Made by a program: the position numbers and the translations under genes. A stretch of DNA of 61,240 nucleotides from Candidatus Bathyarchaeia archaeon (GTDB lineage Archaea > Thermoproteota > Bathyarchaeia > 40CM-2-53-6), in contig JBEKPE010000002.1 in assembly GCA_049521055.1 (NCBI GenBank), forward strand, positions 1-61,240, written 5' to 3'. This document shows positions 46,538-55,685 of this stretch, in pieces (position 1 is the stretch's first letter; each line of letters opens with the position of its first letter). Below the pieces are notes generated by a model. That model did not search any database and was not told where the DNA came from. It worked only from the letters and a program-made list of their open reading frames with translations.

Positions 46538-47611
46538 TTAATCCCTGTTTCTTCGGGGTTGTTCGTGAGGGGGTTTGTTTCGTTCCCGACGCATGATGAA
46601 TCGTGCTTTCCTTCGGTAGTAGGATAATGGATGGGTTATGCTTGCGCAGAGTTCGTCGGGGTTGACGCATACGCCGTGGGTCCGCATCGTAGCGCAGTTA
46701 GGGGCTGTGTACTTTCTTCTTGAACCACGTTTACCAGCTATGTGCTCAACCTGATACCGGGCGATGCGTTCATCAAAATCGCTGAAGGCCTTGAACATTT
46801 TGAGGAGATCCTCCTCGTTGGTTCCAATGTTGAGAAGGAATGCTGCCATAGCGAAGCGTCCCATGTGCGATATGTGCTTGCTAGTCTGAAGGAGGCTGAG
46901 CAGGTTCCTCATGCAAGGCGGCATCGCCGAAGCCATAACCGCATGAGGCATTTCATCCGCAGCCAGGTGCTGAGACCTGGCCCTGAGCATGGAACGGAGC
47001 GGTTCGACTCGTCGCGCAAGTTCGTCAGGCAGAGCCACAGTTTTGTCGGCCGTCTTCTCCAGAACTCGTCCCTGAACCTCCTCTTCGAGAAGTCTAGCGA
47101 AGTCCTCGCGGGGAAGAAGAACGTACCCTTCCGTCAAGACCCTGTTGACTAGTTTCCACCTCAAATCGTGAATTCTAGCGGAATTTCGCACGTAGAACCT
47201 AAAGTGCAGCGCAAACTCGAAATGTGTTCCTCCCACATCTCTTTCAACGAGCTTCGCATCCCAACCGAAGGAGCCAGTGGCGATCTGAAGCAATTTTTCG
47301 GGAGTTTCATACCGGAGGAGCTCGTATGCCCGCTTGGCCTCGGCGAGCGCATATCGTCGTCGAGTTCTATCGTCCCCCACCGAGCTGATCAGCATTAGGG
47401 CGGTTGGGTATGTGAGGATGTCGACATCCTCCTGTGTTAGGTCAGCTGATATTTTCCCGCCGAACACTCCCTGCCTAATCCGTTCCATCGCGCGTTCAAG
47501 AATCGGGACTAGTTCCGGTCGAGTCAGCTCTATCGGGTCGATGTTTCGGGACTTTATGTAGCTCGACGCTTCTGACGTGAACGGAAACTTTGCAAGATCA
47601 AGCTTCGTCAG
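46538..47611 (-). CDS. priL: DNA primase large subunit
   Basis: PPCM, HMGRF, YQVEHIAG, YTAPNCATM...C (Fe-S ligands). The conserved-looking N-terminus LTKLDLAKFPF lies upstream of the ORF-track ATG 47488; CTG 47611 is proposed as the start. Confidence 0.92.
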   Translation of the reverse strand: MTKLDLAKFPFTSEASSYIKSRNIDPIELTRPELVPILERAMERIRQGVFGGKISADLTQEDVDILTYPTALMLISSVGDDRTRRRYALAEAKRAYELLRYETPEKLLQIATGSFGWDAKLVERDVGGTHFEFALHFRFYVRNSARIHDLRWKLVNRVLTEGYVLLPREDFARLLEEEVQGRVLEKTADKTVALPDELARRVEPLRSMLRARSQHLAADEMPHAVMASAMPPCMRNLLSLLQTSKHISHMGRFAMAAFLLNIGTNEEDLLKMFKAFSDFDERIARYQVEHIAGKRGSRRKYTAPNCATMRTHGVCVNPDELCASITHPLSYYRRKARFIMRRERNKPPHEQPRRNRD

Positions 47612-47686
47612 AAGCGTCTGCGTGCTAACCGCCCCTACGTAGTGGAAGGTAGATGAAAGGGGTCTTGCATTCGGGCGTTTATGCGT

Positions 47687-48439
47687 CTACTCCGCTTCAA
47701 TTCTTGGTGCGAGGAAGTAGAGCAGCTTGCCCTGCTGGGGCATTTCATATTCTAGTTTTACTGGCATATTCGTTGAGAATTCAAGCGTTACGAGTTCCGC
47801 GGCTGATGATCCGGCTTTCGATATTTCCGCGAGGTAGTTGAGATTGAAAGTTGCCTTGCAAGGTTCCTTAGCCTCAAGTTCCAACAGAACATCGCTACCC
47901 TTCTCCAATTCGATCTTCGCGCCGCTCAGTTCCGTAACAGCTTCGGCGATAAATTTCTCAGGAGTACTTTCGAACCTAACGTTGTCGCTGACGGTCTGGA
48001 TTTGGTCGATTATGTCCTTGAAGCTTGAGCTAATCATCTTGATCTTCGTGTTGAAAGCAATCTTGGGCGTCGGGACTTCCTCGTCGCCCGGATCGAGGGT
48101 TGGCAGAGTGAATGTGGTCTTCCACTTCCCCTTGATCACCATGTTCAGCTTGCGGGTTGTTTCGTCGTAGGACATCTCAAGGGGTTCTTGCCCGGCGCCC
48201 CTAAGTTTCTTGACAATATCGGTTACGTTGAGTCGAATTTTCGTGGGTTGAAGGCAGGTGTACTCTTCAAACGCGGATTTGTTCCATTCGAAGTCAACCA
48301 TGGCCACATGGGACGGATCCATCGAGCGCATTTTGATGCCTTCCGGCGAAGCGTTAAAGTCCGCCTCCTCGATCAGCGTTGATACGGCGGCGAGCATGTT
48401 CCTCCAGAGTCTAGCATCACTAATCGTTGCCTTGAACAA
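47687..48439 (-). CDS. pcn: PCNA sliding clamp
   Basis: MRSMDPSHVAMVD, FNLNYL, LEFSTNMP, YFLAPRIE. Confidence 0.97.
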   Translation of the reverse strand: MFKATISDARLWRNMLAAVSTLIEEADFNASPEGIKMRSMDPSHVAMVDFEWNKSAFEEYTCLQPTKIRLNVTDIVKKLRGAGQEPLEMSYDETTRKLNMVIKGKWKTTFTLPTLDPGDEEVPTPKIAFNTKIKMISSSFKDIIDQIQTVSDNVRFESTPEKFIAEAVTELSGAKIELEKGSDVLLELEAKEPCKATFNLNYLAEISKAGSSAAELVTLEFSTNMPVKLEYEMPQQGKLLYFLAPRIEAE

Positions 48440-48524
48440 TCATTAACCACCGGGTATTCGACGGTGCCCTAGTGAGCCTAGCTTACGCATTTTAATTGAG
48501 CGGTGGCACTTGAAACCGGAGGTT

Positions 48525-48848
48525 CTAGGAATTCTCCCGCCAGGTTGATCCGCAGCTTGTACACCGGAAAAACTGTGTTGACGACTCATCTGCGCCACGA
48601 GTTTGGACCAGCCAGTAGAATGCTTCCTTGTGCCCGCACTTTGGACAATCAACTTTAGTCTTGGGCAAGGTTCGAATCTTCTGTTCTTCCTTGCCGATCA
48701 CGACTACGTTCTCTTTCTGCTGCTCAAGTTTCTGCACGGTGCGGTCTGAGCGATGGGTTTCGTAGCCGCATTTTGGACAGCTAAGCACGATCGTCTTCTG
48801 CTTCTTGGTGGGCAGAAGCGCGAGGCCGCACTTTGGGCAAAACTGCAC
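48525..48848 (-). CDS. tfs: Transcription factor S (RpoM/TFS)
   Basis: FCPKCG N-terminal ribbon, C-terminal CPKCG...QTRGADE..TQFFRC..C with the catalytic DE hairpin intact. GTG start at 48848. Confidence 0.94.
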   Translation of the reverse strand: MQFCPKCGLALLPTKKQKTIVLSCPKCGYETHRSDRTVQKLEQQKENVVVIGKEEQKIRTLPKTKVDCPKCGHKEAFYWLVQTRGADESSTQFFRCTSCGSTWRENS

Positions 48849-49046
48849 TTTTGATAACGACCGCGAGCCCAATCAATACGAGTTCCATTTAAGCGTTACT
48901 TGGTTTCGGCTCGTCTTAACTGAAGAAATCGTGTTTCGTATCATCTGTTGGGCCTTTCGCGCCGCCTTCAATCTGATTCTTCACAATAGAGGCTACTGAA
49001 GACTACTGACTGAGAGCAGAAAACGAGCGGCGTTGTGAGCGAACCT

Positions 49047-49424
49047 TCAGCGGCTGCTAGCGGGTGTTAGCCGTCGAATCATGGGTTCGACCTCTTTGAA
49101 AACAGCAGCCGCATCGGCTCTGTCTGCTGAGATCGCTAGATACCCACCTCGAAGCGGGGCTAGCAACACGGCATCTTTCTCCAGATTTACGATGAGACTT
49201 TGCACCTTCCCCGCGCCGCCCGTGGGGGAGAGTCGTTCAGCAATCCCGGTCATTAACTGCGGTCCGAACTCCATGAACGTCCTATCATCCTGTTCAGGAG
49301 TATAGCTGGTAAGTCCCGGCCGCATTTGAGAGAATGCGATTCTGCCGGACTCGGTGGAGAATGATGCCCACCTGATCTTTGGGTGCAGCTGAAAAACTTC
49401 TTCGGCAGAAATAAGTGTAGACAA
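49047..49424 (-). CDS. DUF6659-like protein (roadblock/longin-like sensor fold)
   Basis: LHPKIRWA....GR....MRPG pattern resembles the remembered TACK family. Confidence 0.6.
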   Translation of the reverse strand: MSTLISAEEVFQLHPKIRWASFSTESGRIAFSQMRPGLTSYTPEQDDRTFMEFGPQLMTGIAERLSPTGGAGKVQSLIVNLEKDAVLLAPLRGGYLAISADRADAAAVFKEVEPMIRRLTPASSR

Positions 49425-49455
49425 ACTCTCAAGGATCTCCGGAGATATCCCTCAT

Positions 49456-50037
49456 TCAAACGGACTTAATCCTTGGATGTCTGGTATGGCTTGGGCCAAT
49501 CTTAAGCTTTCGCCGCTGCCACAGAAATCTGCACCTTGAACTTTCCTGAGCCAGTAAATTTGCAACCCTGACTGCTTCGGGTATGCTGCTAGCGGGACTG
49601 CAGCCTACGTTGAACACTTGCTCCACAACTACTCTGCTTATCCGAACCGCTGACACGGAAAGATCGTGTTCATTCACGATAATATCATAACGCTGTGGGC
49701 CACGTTGGCCCATCTCCTTTTTCGGCGCCTTTGAGATGTGTAGGTTGGTGATCGCGATGACTGGAAGATTCACTCGGCGAGCCAAATCATCCAGGTCTAG
49801 TTCGAACCCGGGAACGAACTGTTTTTTCACGATTATGGCATGAAGCTGTGAATACTGTTTTGATCCCTTGATTGCTCCGGATAAGGTGGAATTCTGGTTT
49901 GTTCCATTCATTTCTAGGAGGCAGCTGATTACTCCATCTAGCCATAGGGAGCCCCTGAAGACCACGCCCACCACTAATATTGTGCGGCCTTTCCGGCGGG
50001 CGCTCAGGCCCAGTATTCTAGCTTCTCTCTTAATCAA
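49456..50037 (-). CDS. DUF99 (endonuclease V-like) protein, apparently catalytically degenerate
   Basis: RILG, VGVVFRG...LDGV, LPVIAI, IPEAVRVANLLA, at the usual rpoL-DUF99-tfs position. Confidence 0.8.
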   Translation of the reverse strand: MIKREARILGLSARRKGRTILVVGVVFRGSLWLDGVISCLLEMNGTNQNSTLSGAIKGSKQYSQLHAIIVKKQFVPGFELDLDDLARRVNLPVIAITNLHISKAPKKEMGQRGPQRYDIIVNEHDLSVSAVRISRVVVEQVFNVGCSPASSIPEAVRVANLLAQESSRCRFLWQRRKLKIGPSHTRHPRIKSV

Positions 50038-50047
50038 CCTCTAACCG

Positions 50048-50416
50048 CTACGCCCGCGGAAGACGTTCCGCCGCTAGTTTCAAGAGGTCGGATAATCCCG
50101 CTTGAGGCCCATCTGGGTTCTGGGTTAGTACGTGAACGCTTTCTTCGATTGTTAGGAGCTGTTTGCGGTAAGCTTCCATTAACAACGATTCGGAAGCGTT
50201 TGCAAGGTCCTTCTTCGATAATCGCGTCCCAAGGTATTGCCTTAGGCCGGCTATCTTGAACGCTTCGGATAGGATCTTGTCGCTGACCTTCACCCCTTTT
50301 GGGTGGCCGCTGATCTGTGTTAATGCGAGTGAGTATACGAAGTTAATGAAAGCGTCTCCCAAGCTCGCAAGCTGCCGATCGCGCACGGCGCGTTGAATTG
50401 GTTCTACGCTACTCAT
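50048..50416 (-). CDS. Archaeal RNase III-like domain protein
   Basis: LASLGDAFINFVYSLA, KVSDKILSEA, KKDLANASESL. Confidence 0.75.
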   Translation of the reverse strand: MSSVEPIQRAVRDRQLASLGDAFINFVYSLALTQISGHPKGVKVSDKILSEAFKIAGLRQYLGTRLSKKDLANASESLLMEAYRKQLLTIEESVHVLTQNPDGPQAGLSDLLKLAAERLPRA

Positions 50417-50700
50417 CAGGCAGGCTCGACGGCCTTAGCGAACTTCTCGTTGAATTCCTTGTTGAGTTCCTGCACGTTCGCGAGTGCGTTTAACAGTGTC
50501 TTCTCGGGTGAGACTTCACGTTTCGTTCTGACATAGACGATGCTCGAGCGAATGAGGGGATGCGGTTGATCGTAGCCGGCCAGCTCAACGTTCTTGTCTT
50601 CGAGCAGAACGTTTTGTAGTAGATTGCAGAATGTGTGATCTTCGCCGATTATTTCGAGCCTAAGCTCATTTTTCGACTTTGATAGAACCTTAACTTCCAC
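50416..50700 (-). CDS. rpoL: RNA polymerase subunit L (Rpo11)
   Basis: GEDHTFCNLL, AGYDQPHPL. Confidence 0.96.
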   Translation of the reverse strand: MEVKVLSKSKNELRLEIIGEDHTFCNLLQNVLLEDKNVELAGYDQPHPLIRSSIVYVRTKREVSPEKTLLNALANVQELNKEFNEKFAKAVEPA

Positions 50701-51286
50701 TTCTCTCCACCTCTACCTCTGGTTTCATTAGATCTTCTGCGAGTCTTCTCCTTTCAATGTTTCCACAAGAGGGGCATTGTAGTCTCCGGTTCGTAAACTC
50801 CAATACACTACCACACCTTGAACAGAACGCTTTGATTACACCTAACCCGCGTCCCGCCGTTGTTAGTTGTGGGATTCGGTTAGCCATGTCGATTACTCGA
50901 GCGCGAATAATGTCTCCAGCCTTACAAACATCCGACATGCTCCGTTCATACCTTGGGCTGGATGAAGAGATGTAAAGTATTGCTGTGAATGGAGTTTGGA
51001 TGGCCTTATCGTCAATTTTCCAGATGTTTACGGTAGCCATCTTCTCTGAAGTATGAATTACGGAGGCAATGATTGTTGTTCCTTCCTTCGGAAGTAGAGC
51101 CGTCCGCGTTACAGGCACAACTGTCACCCTCTTGTTCTTCAGATCGATTCGTGCGTTACCGGTGTAGTTGGCGTATATTGTGCCCTCAGTTTCATATGTC
51201 CCGGCACCGGGCAAGAATTGTTCTATCACGCCTATCTTATCGCCCGGTAGTACGGGTTGAACCATTTCATTTGGTGCCTTACTCAA
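50690..51286 (-). CDS. csl4: Exosome RNA-binding protein Csl4
   Basis: VLPGDKIG..EQFLPGAG, S1 domain GDIIRARV, LGVIKAFCSRCG...CPSCGNIERRRLA. Confidence 0.95.
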   Translation of the reverse strand: MSKAPNEMVQPVLPGDKIGVIEQFLPGAGTYETEGTIYANYTGNARIDLKNKRVTVVPVTRTALLPKEGTTIIASVIHTSEKMATVNIWKIDDKAIQTPFTAILYISSSSPRYERSMSDVCKAGDIIRARVIDMANRIPQLTTAGRGLGVIKAFCSRCGSVLEFTNRRLQCPSCGNIERRRLAEDLMKPEVEVERSGS

Positions 51287-51307
51287 ACCTCATTACCCTT
51301 TACCTAG

Positions 51308-51369
51308 GCAATCACCCCTCGAATTATCACGTGCCGACTGGATGTCGGCTGAGTTGGGTTGGTGATTGC
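51308..51369 (-). ncRNA. Candidate structured leader RNA / sRNA upstream of csl4
   Basis: A 9-bp perfect stem GCAATCACC/GGTGATTGC encloses a 6-bp hairpin GCCGAC/GTCGGC, just downstream of a TATA box. Confidence 0.45.
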
Positions 51370-51398
51370 GCAGATTCGCGTTCGTTAGCTGCAGCCCA

Positions 51399-51407
51399 CT
51401 ATATAAG
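51399..51407 (-). promoter_or_regulatory. TATA box for the csl4-rpoL transcript
   Basis: CTTATATAG on the minus strand, about 30 nt upstream of the hairpin. Confidence 0.6.
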
Positions 51408-51425
51408 CACGGATTAAAATTCCGG

Positions 51426-52070
51426 TCAAGCTCGGAGGATTCGGAACACGTCTACCTCAACAAATCGTTTCGGTTTTCTGTGGAACGAGAATTGATGCGG
51501 TATCTCCATCTTCGGGCTCATAATTCGTTCCCCCTTGAGCCCTTGATTTCCTAACCAATGCCCGAGAAAGCTGCGCGTTGAGGATTTGTGAATACTGTAG
51601 ATGACGGATGCTAGGTTTTGGGCGCATTGTAGGAATTGAAGGTCTGCGTGAGGTTGCTTGGTCCCGAAGGGCGGGTTCATGAGAACCGTATCAAAGCTAC
51701 CTCGAATGATCCCGATATCTCCCACGACCCAATCCACATCTACGCCGAGAACCTTCGCGCTTTGTGACGCGACGCGAATGCTTGAGGAGTCTATGTCTAC
51801 ACCAACAATTCTACTAGCGCCGAGAATTGAGGCGCCCAACGCCAGCCTACCGGTTCCAGTTCCAAGATCGAGCACGCGTTTCTCTTCGATGTCATCGTGC
51901 GTATAACAAGCGGTGAAGAGAATTTCGGCGGCTAGGTTGGCTGGGATGGTGTATTGTTCGAGGGCGACTTCGGGTTTCGGGTGGGGTTTCACTTTCTGTA
52001 ACGCGATTGCCAAGTCGTGTTTGCGGATTTGGATGGGTCGGGTCGGCAAGGCAAGCTGCCTTAATGCCAT
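51426..52070 (-). CDS. METTL5-family RNA N6-adenine methyltransferase
   Basis: LEQYTIP, VLDLGTGTGRL, MNPPFG, FHRK. Confidence 0.92.
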   Translation of the reverse strand: MALRQLALPTRPIQIRKHDLAIALQKVKPHPKPEVALEQYTIPANLAAEILFTACYTHDDIEEKRVLDLGTGTGRLALGASILGASRIVGVDIDSSSIRVASQSAKVLGVDVDWVVGDIGIIRGSFDTVLMNPPFGTKQPHADLQFLQCAQNLASVIYSIHKSSTRSFLGHWLGNQGLKGERIMSPKMEIPHQFSFHRKPKRFVEVDVFRILRA

Positions 52071-53071
52071 TCTTCCAGCGTCATTCCTTTAGTGTAATCC
52101 TCCCAACTCTTCTTCCCTAGTGCTATCATGACCTCCTCAGGGTTCAACATCGGTTTGCGGTACCGTTCTTGGTCGTCGGTGCTTATTCGTGGGCAGGAGA
52201 TCTCCACGTAGGCCTCGAGGTCTGTGAATGACTCGAGGGTTTCAGGAATCACTTCTGCGGCGCATATGAGAATGGTTGATTGGCCGTTCGCCTCCAAGAG
52301 GTCCTTGAGGCGGCGCGCTAGGGCGATGTTCATCTGGCTACTCTTCATGCCCACAATGACGCCAACCCTCTTTGTCTCCTTGAACCTCTCAATGTTGATC
52401 CATCTCTTCCTGAGCAGCCTGCGGCAGTCCTCGGTCATGTCTTTGGCCGTTTGTTGAAAGGGATCGACTACGATTGTCCGTTTTCCTGTGGCTAAGGGTA
52501 TTCCGAGGGCGTGAAAGTCCCCTCCGCTCAACACGACGATCGCATCCACTTTCTCTGCAATCGCGCGTACGCCACCATAATCACACCCCAGCACCTGACC
52601 GGGATATCGCAGCCAGCCCGACGCTCTCCCAATCACCACTTCCTTACCGCCGTTCTCCAGAATTTCTTTCGCCTTGCCAAGTTGGTGGATGTGTTGAATG
52701 TTGGAAGCAAGGCCGATCCTGTGTTCTTTCCCTAACATCTCTACTGCTCTCTTCATTGGTTCCTCTACGGGTACATCGGAATGCGCTTCCACGTACAGAA
52801 CATTCTCATCGGGGAACTCTCCCGGTATCTCTGCGTGGCCGATGTGCACGAGAAGGTCGGCGTTAATGTGTGCTTTCGGGTTTAATGCGAGGTCGCAAGC
52901 CCCATAGCATGGATCGCCCGAGACGAAAACTTCAACACCCCCTTCGTTCTCGAGAAATCTCGCGAGTTTGAACCCGATCGGTTTTAGGCCCTCGGGCATT
53001 TGGAGAAGGATGCGTTTCGAGCCGCGCCTTCTAACCTCCTCAATGATCTTAGCTTCCTCAAGTTGATACAT
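52061..53071 (-). CDS. dph2: Diphthamide biosynthesis protein Dph2
   Basis: LQMPEGLK, PCYGACD, GQVLGC, SCPRISTDD (three Fe-S cysteines). Confidence 0.95.
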   Translation of the reverse strand: MYQLEEAKIIEEVRRRGSKRILLQMPEGLKPIGFKLARFLENEGGVEVFVSGDPCYGACDLALNPKAHINADLLVHIGHAEIPGEFPDENVLYVEAHSDVPVEEPMKRAVEMLGKEHRIGLASNIQHIHQLGKAKEILENGGKEVVIGRASGWLRYPGQVLGCDYGGVRAIAEKVDAIVVLSGGDFHALGIPLATGKRTIVVDPFQQTAKDMTEDCRRLLRKRWINIERFKETKRVGVIVGMKSSQMNIALARRLKDLLEANGQSTILICAAEVIPETLESFTDLEAYVEISCPRISTDDQERYRKPMLNPEEVMIALGKKSWEDYTKGMTLEEWH

Positions 53072-53137
53072 GGTTAAACGGATGTTAGCAGACTAACTGC
53101 CCAACTTAACCGTTCCCTCGCAACGGAGTCACCAGCC

Positions 53138-53866
53138 ATGTCCATGGAAATCCCAACTAAATTCGTCGAAAAAGTGAAGTTCGTTCAAACTATCTTCACG
53201 GATGTCGAAACTGAATATGACCGTCTTCTTCACTTGATGACCTTCACGTTCGACTCTGTTTGGAGAAGTAGGATGTTATCTAAGATTGACTTCCGCCACG
53301 AAATCATGGTATTGGATCTCGCGTGTGGAACGGGACTGGTTACGTTCGAACTTGGACGTCGCGCGAAGCCGGGAAGTTTGGTGGTGGGTCTAGATCTAAG
53401 CCCCGCGATGCTCAGCATCGCTATACGAAAGAAGACAAGGAACCTGAGTAATTGTTCCATAGAATTCGTTAGGGCAGTAGGTGAATCCCTACCGTTTCGC
53501 GACGACTCCTTCAGCTACATTACTGTGGGCTTGGCGTTACGTAATTTCGCAAACAAGCTGGCTGTCTTCAAAGACAGTCTTCGAGTTCTGATGGGATCGG
53601 GATGGTTCTTATCGGTTGATTTTGTTCACCCCGACAACAATACCGTGTGGTTGATCTACAGATTTCACATATTCCACATCCTCCCAGCCCTCGGCCGCAT
53701 CGTGTCCACCTACTGGAACAGAACCCTGATCTATCTGGCAAACACGATCCTGATCTCGATGCGGGTGCCTGAGATATGCAAGCTTCTCGAAGAGGCAGGC
53801 TTTCGGAGCACGTTGGTGGAGAAAATGAGTCTGGGAATTGTGGCGTTAATTGGTGCACGAAAATAA
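53138..53866 (+). CDS. UbiE/MenG-family methyltransferase
   Basis: IFTDVETEYD, VLDLACGTG, GLDLSPAML, LPF, GLALRN. Confidence 0.85.
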   Translation: MSMEIPTKFVEKVKFVQTIFTDVETEYDRLLHLMTFTFDSVWRSRMLSKIDFRHEIMVLDLACGTGLVTFELGRRAKPGSLVVGLDLSPAMLSIAIRKKTRNLSNCSIEFVRAVGESLPFRDDSFSYITVGLALRNFANKLAVFKDSLRVLMGSGWFLSVDFVHPDNNTVWLIYRFHIFHILPALGRIVSTYWNRTLIYLANTILISMRVPEICKLLEEAGFRSTLVEKMSLGIVALIGARK

Positions 53867-53875
53867 CGCGGTATC

Positions 53876-54568
53876 TTAGATTAGTTTTGGAATGATCAAG
53901 CCGATCGCGAGTGCAATCATCGCGCAACATTCCAATTGCACAACCGTCCAGACCGCCTTTCGTGCATAACGTGAAAACTCGATCAGCTCCGAGTTTGGGA
54001 CGGTGCAAAGTTTATTGGATAACTGTTGCGGGCGAAATCTGTGCGTTAGAAGGACAATGCTGATCCCTAGAAGCGCCGCCATCAATGACGCTAATAGCGG
54101 TTGGAAGGTGATGGTTGGAGACTGAATATAGAAGCCTGCGAATGTTGTCAAGCCGCCCCAGCTCACACCGAACCAGCCTACATTATGAAATCGGCCGCCG
54201 AAGAGTTCCAAGTTATAGGCTAGGATGAAGAAGGCCGCAACAATTGCGAGAATACCAATTCCAATACTAACAGTCCACGATAGGTAAATGGCCACTAAAG
54301 CCCCACCAGAGATTCCAGCCACAGCCAAACAGCGAAGCGTCGTGTCCCGGAATCGCGTGTGGAGGGGTCTGCCGCGGAGTTCGTCGAGGCTATACGCCCC
54401 TAGGCAGAGGGCGAGCAAGATTCCGAGGTAGGTTAAGAGCAAACGATCCAAGAAGACCGTTTCTGAAAGCGCAGCGCCAATCGTTGCAAATGCCAAGACG
54501 CAGAGTGGGAGCGGAAGATGCATCAGCCTAACGAAGTCCGAAAAGGCTGAACGTTTCACATTGGTCAT
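53876..54568 (-). CDS. Multi-pass membrane protein, distant UbiA prenyltransferase-like
   Basis: Seven to eight TM segments with degenerate acidic motifs AYSLDE and AYNLELFGGRFH. Confidence 0.55.
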   Translation of the reverse strand: MTNVKRSAFSDFVRLMHLPLPLCVLAFATIGAALSETVFLDRLLLTYLGILLALCLGAYSLDELRGRPLHTRFRDTTLRCLAVAGISGGALVAIYLSWTVSIGIGILAIVAAFFILAYNLELFGGRFHNVGWFGVSWGGLTTFAGFYIQSPTITFQPLLASLMAALLGISIVLLTHRFRPQQLSNKLCTVPNSELIEFSRYARKAVWTVVQLECCAMIALAIGLIIPKLI

Positions 54569-54622
54569 AGGCCAGTTTTCGACTGGCAGCGCTAAAGAAG
54601 CTTCTTTTCCAACTAGGCTGAG

Positions 54623-55057
54623 TTACTTTACTGCCTGTTTCGCGAGTAGGCCGTCGAGGCTCAACTTTTGACTGCCGTTCACTAGCAGGACTAATGCTCC
54701 AGCCATCAGCCCAAAATCCTTGATCAACCCTCCCTGCCCTATCGTAAGGCCAATGGTTCCAGTAATGGCGAATTCTACAACCGCCCACACACTCACCAAC
54801 CTGGTCAGCAAGCCCAAAATGAGGGCAACCGCTCCCAGAGTTTCCAGAAGCGTAAAGAGATAGGTTAGCGACACGACCATACCTGTACCGAAGAGGCCGC
54901 GAACCATACCGTTGGCTACCGGATGCCCCATCGTCAAAGCAATCCAACGCGGCATGTCGGAGTTCAACCAGAAGGCTGCGATAACTATCCTCAGGACGAC
55001 GTACGCGTATTGTCCCCAAGGCTTTGGGGCCCCAAACATGAATGATCTTAGACTCAA
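54623..55057 (-). CDS. DoxX-family membrane protein
   Basis: VLRIVIAAFW, ETLGAVALILGLLTR, KDFGLMAGAL..L..G. Confidence 0.82.
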   Translation of the reverse strand: MSLRSFMFGAPKPWGQYAYVVLRIVIAAFWLNSDMPRWIALTMGHPVANGMVRGLFGTGMVVSLTYLFTLLETLGAVALILGLLTRLVSVWAVVEFAITGTIGLTIGQGGLIKDFGLMAGALVLLVNGSQKLSLDGLLAKQAVK

Positions 55058-55164
55058 GGTCCTCGTCAGAGAGCCTTGACGAAAAATCGGTATTTGAGTC
55101 TTACCACGTACTCAGGAGATGTTTCCACTCGACTGAGAGGGTTTCTGGTTTCATCGATTGGTGT

Positions 55165-55569
55165 TCATGGGATGAAGATGAACATGATGAACTCTACCGC
55201 TGCCACGGTCATCGTAGCTAACATGGTCCAGTTCGAAATTCGCATGCCATCACCGTGCTTCCACATGAAGGATGCTAGAAGCCCGGTTACTGCGACCACA
55301 ACCCCGGTCACCATTACAATGACACCGAGTCCCAAGCGGTACAATTGAAGTATCCAAATTATGCCATTAACCATGAAGAGGAAGATTGCGTCGGAGTACG
55401 TGACTTGATGAAAGTGTGGGCCTAGAAGCTTCTTCATTTTCTGAAAATGCGCACGATCGACTTCCTGAACCTCATCATAGATAACTTTCTGGAACAGATA
55501 GCCCCAAGCGACCGTAACGAAAAAGAACAGTGTGGGTACAAGGAGTAAGATTCGCTCTTCCAAATCCAA
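55165..55569 (-). CDS. Hypothetical membrane protein (about 4 TM)
   Basis: Hydrophobic helices, co-oriented with its neighbours. Confidence 0.65.
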   Translation of the reverse strand: MDLEERILLLVPTLFFFVTVAWGYLFQKVIYDEVQEVDRAHFQKMKKLLGPHFHQVTYSDAIFLFMVNGIIWILQLYRLGLGVIVMVTGVVVAVTGLLASFMWKHGDGMRISNWTMLATMTVAAVEFIMFIFIP

Positions 55570-55685
55570 TACTCAAACCCGCCAATAACCAAGGGTTGTT
55601 CACTATAATTATCATTCCCCAGACGAATTGCATTCTCGGCTCTGGCCCGGCAAATCGTGAGATTCGTCTTCGAGTTCGCCGAAAG

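Noticed and set aside
48873-49046. Repeated ACTGA motifs and a 22-codon ORF in the DUF6659-tfs spacer
   Set aside because: No C box at a suitable distance, no SD or conserved-looking peptide, and no stable stem.
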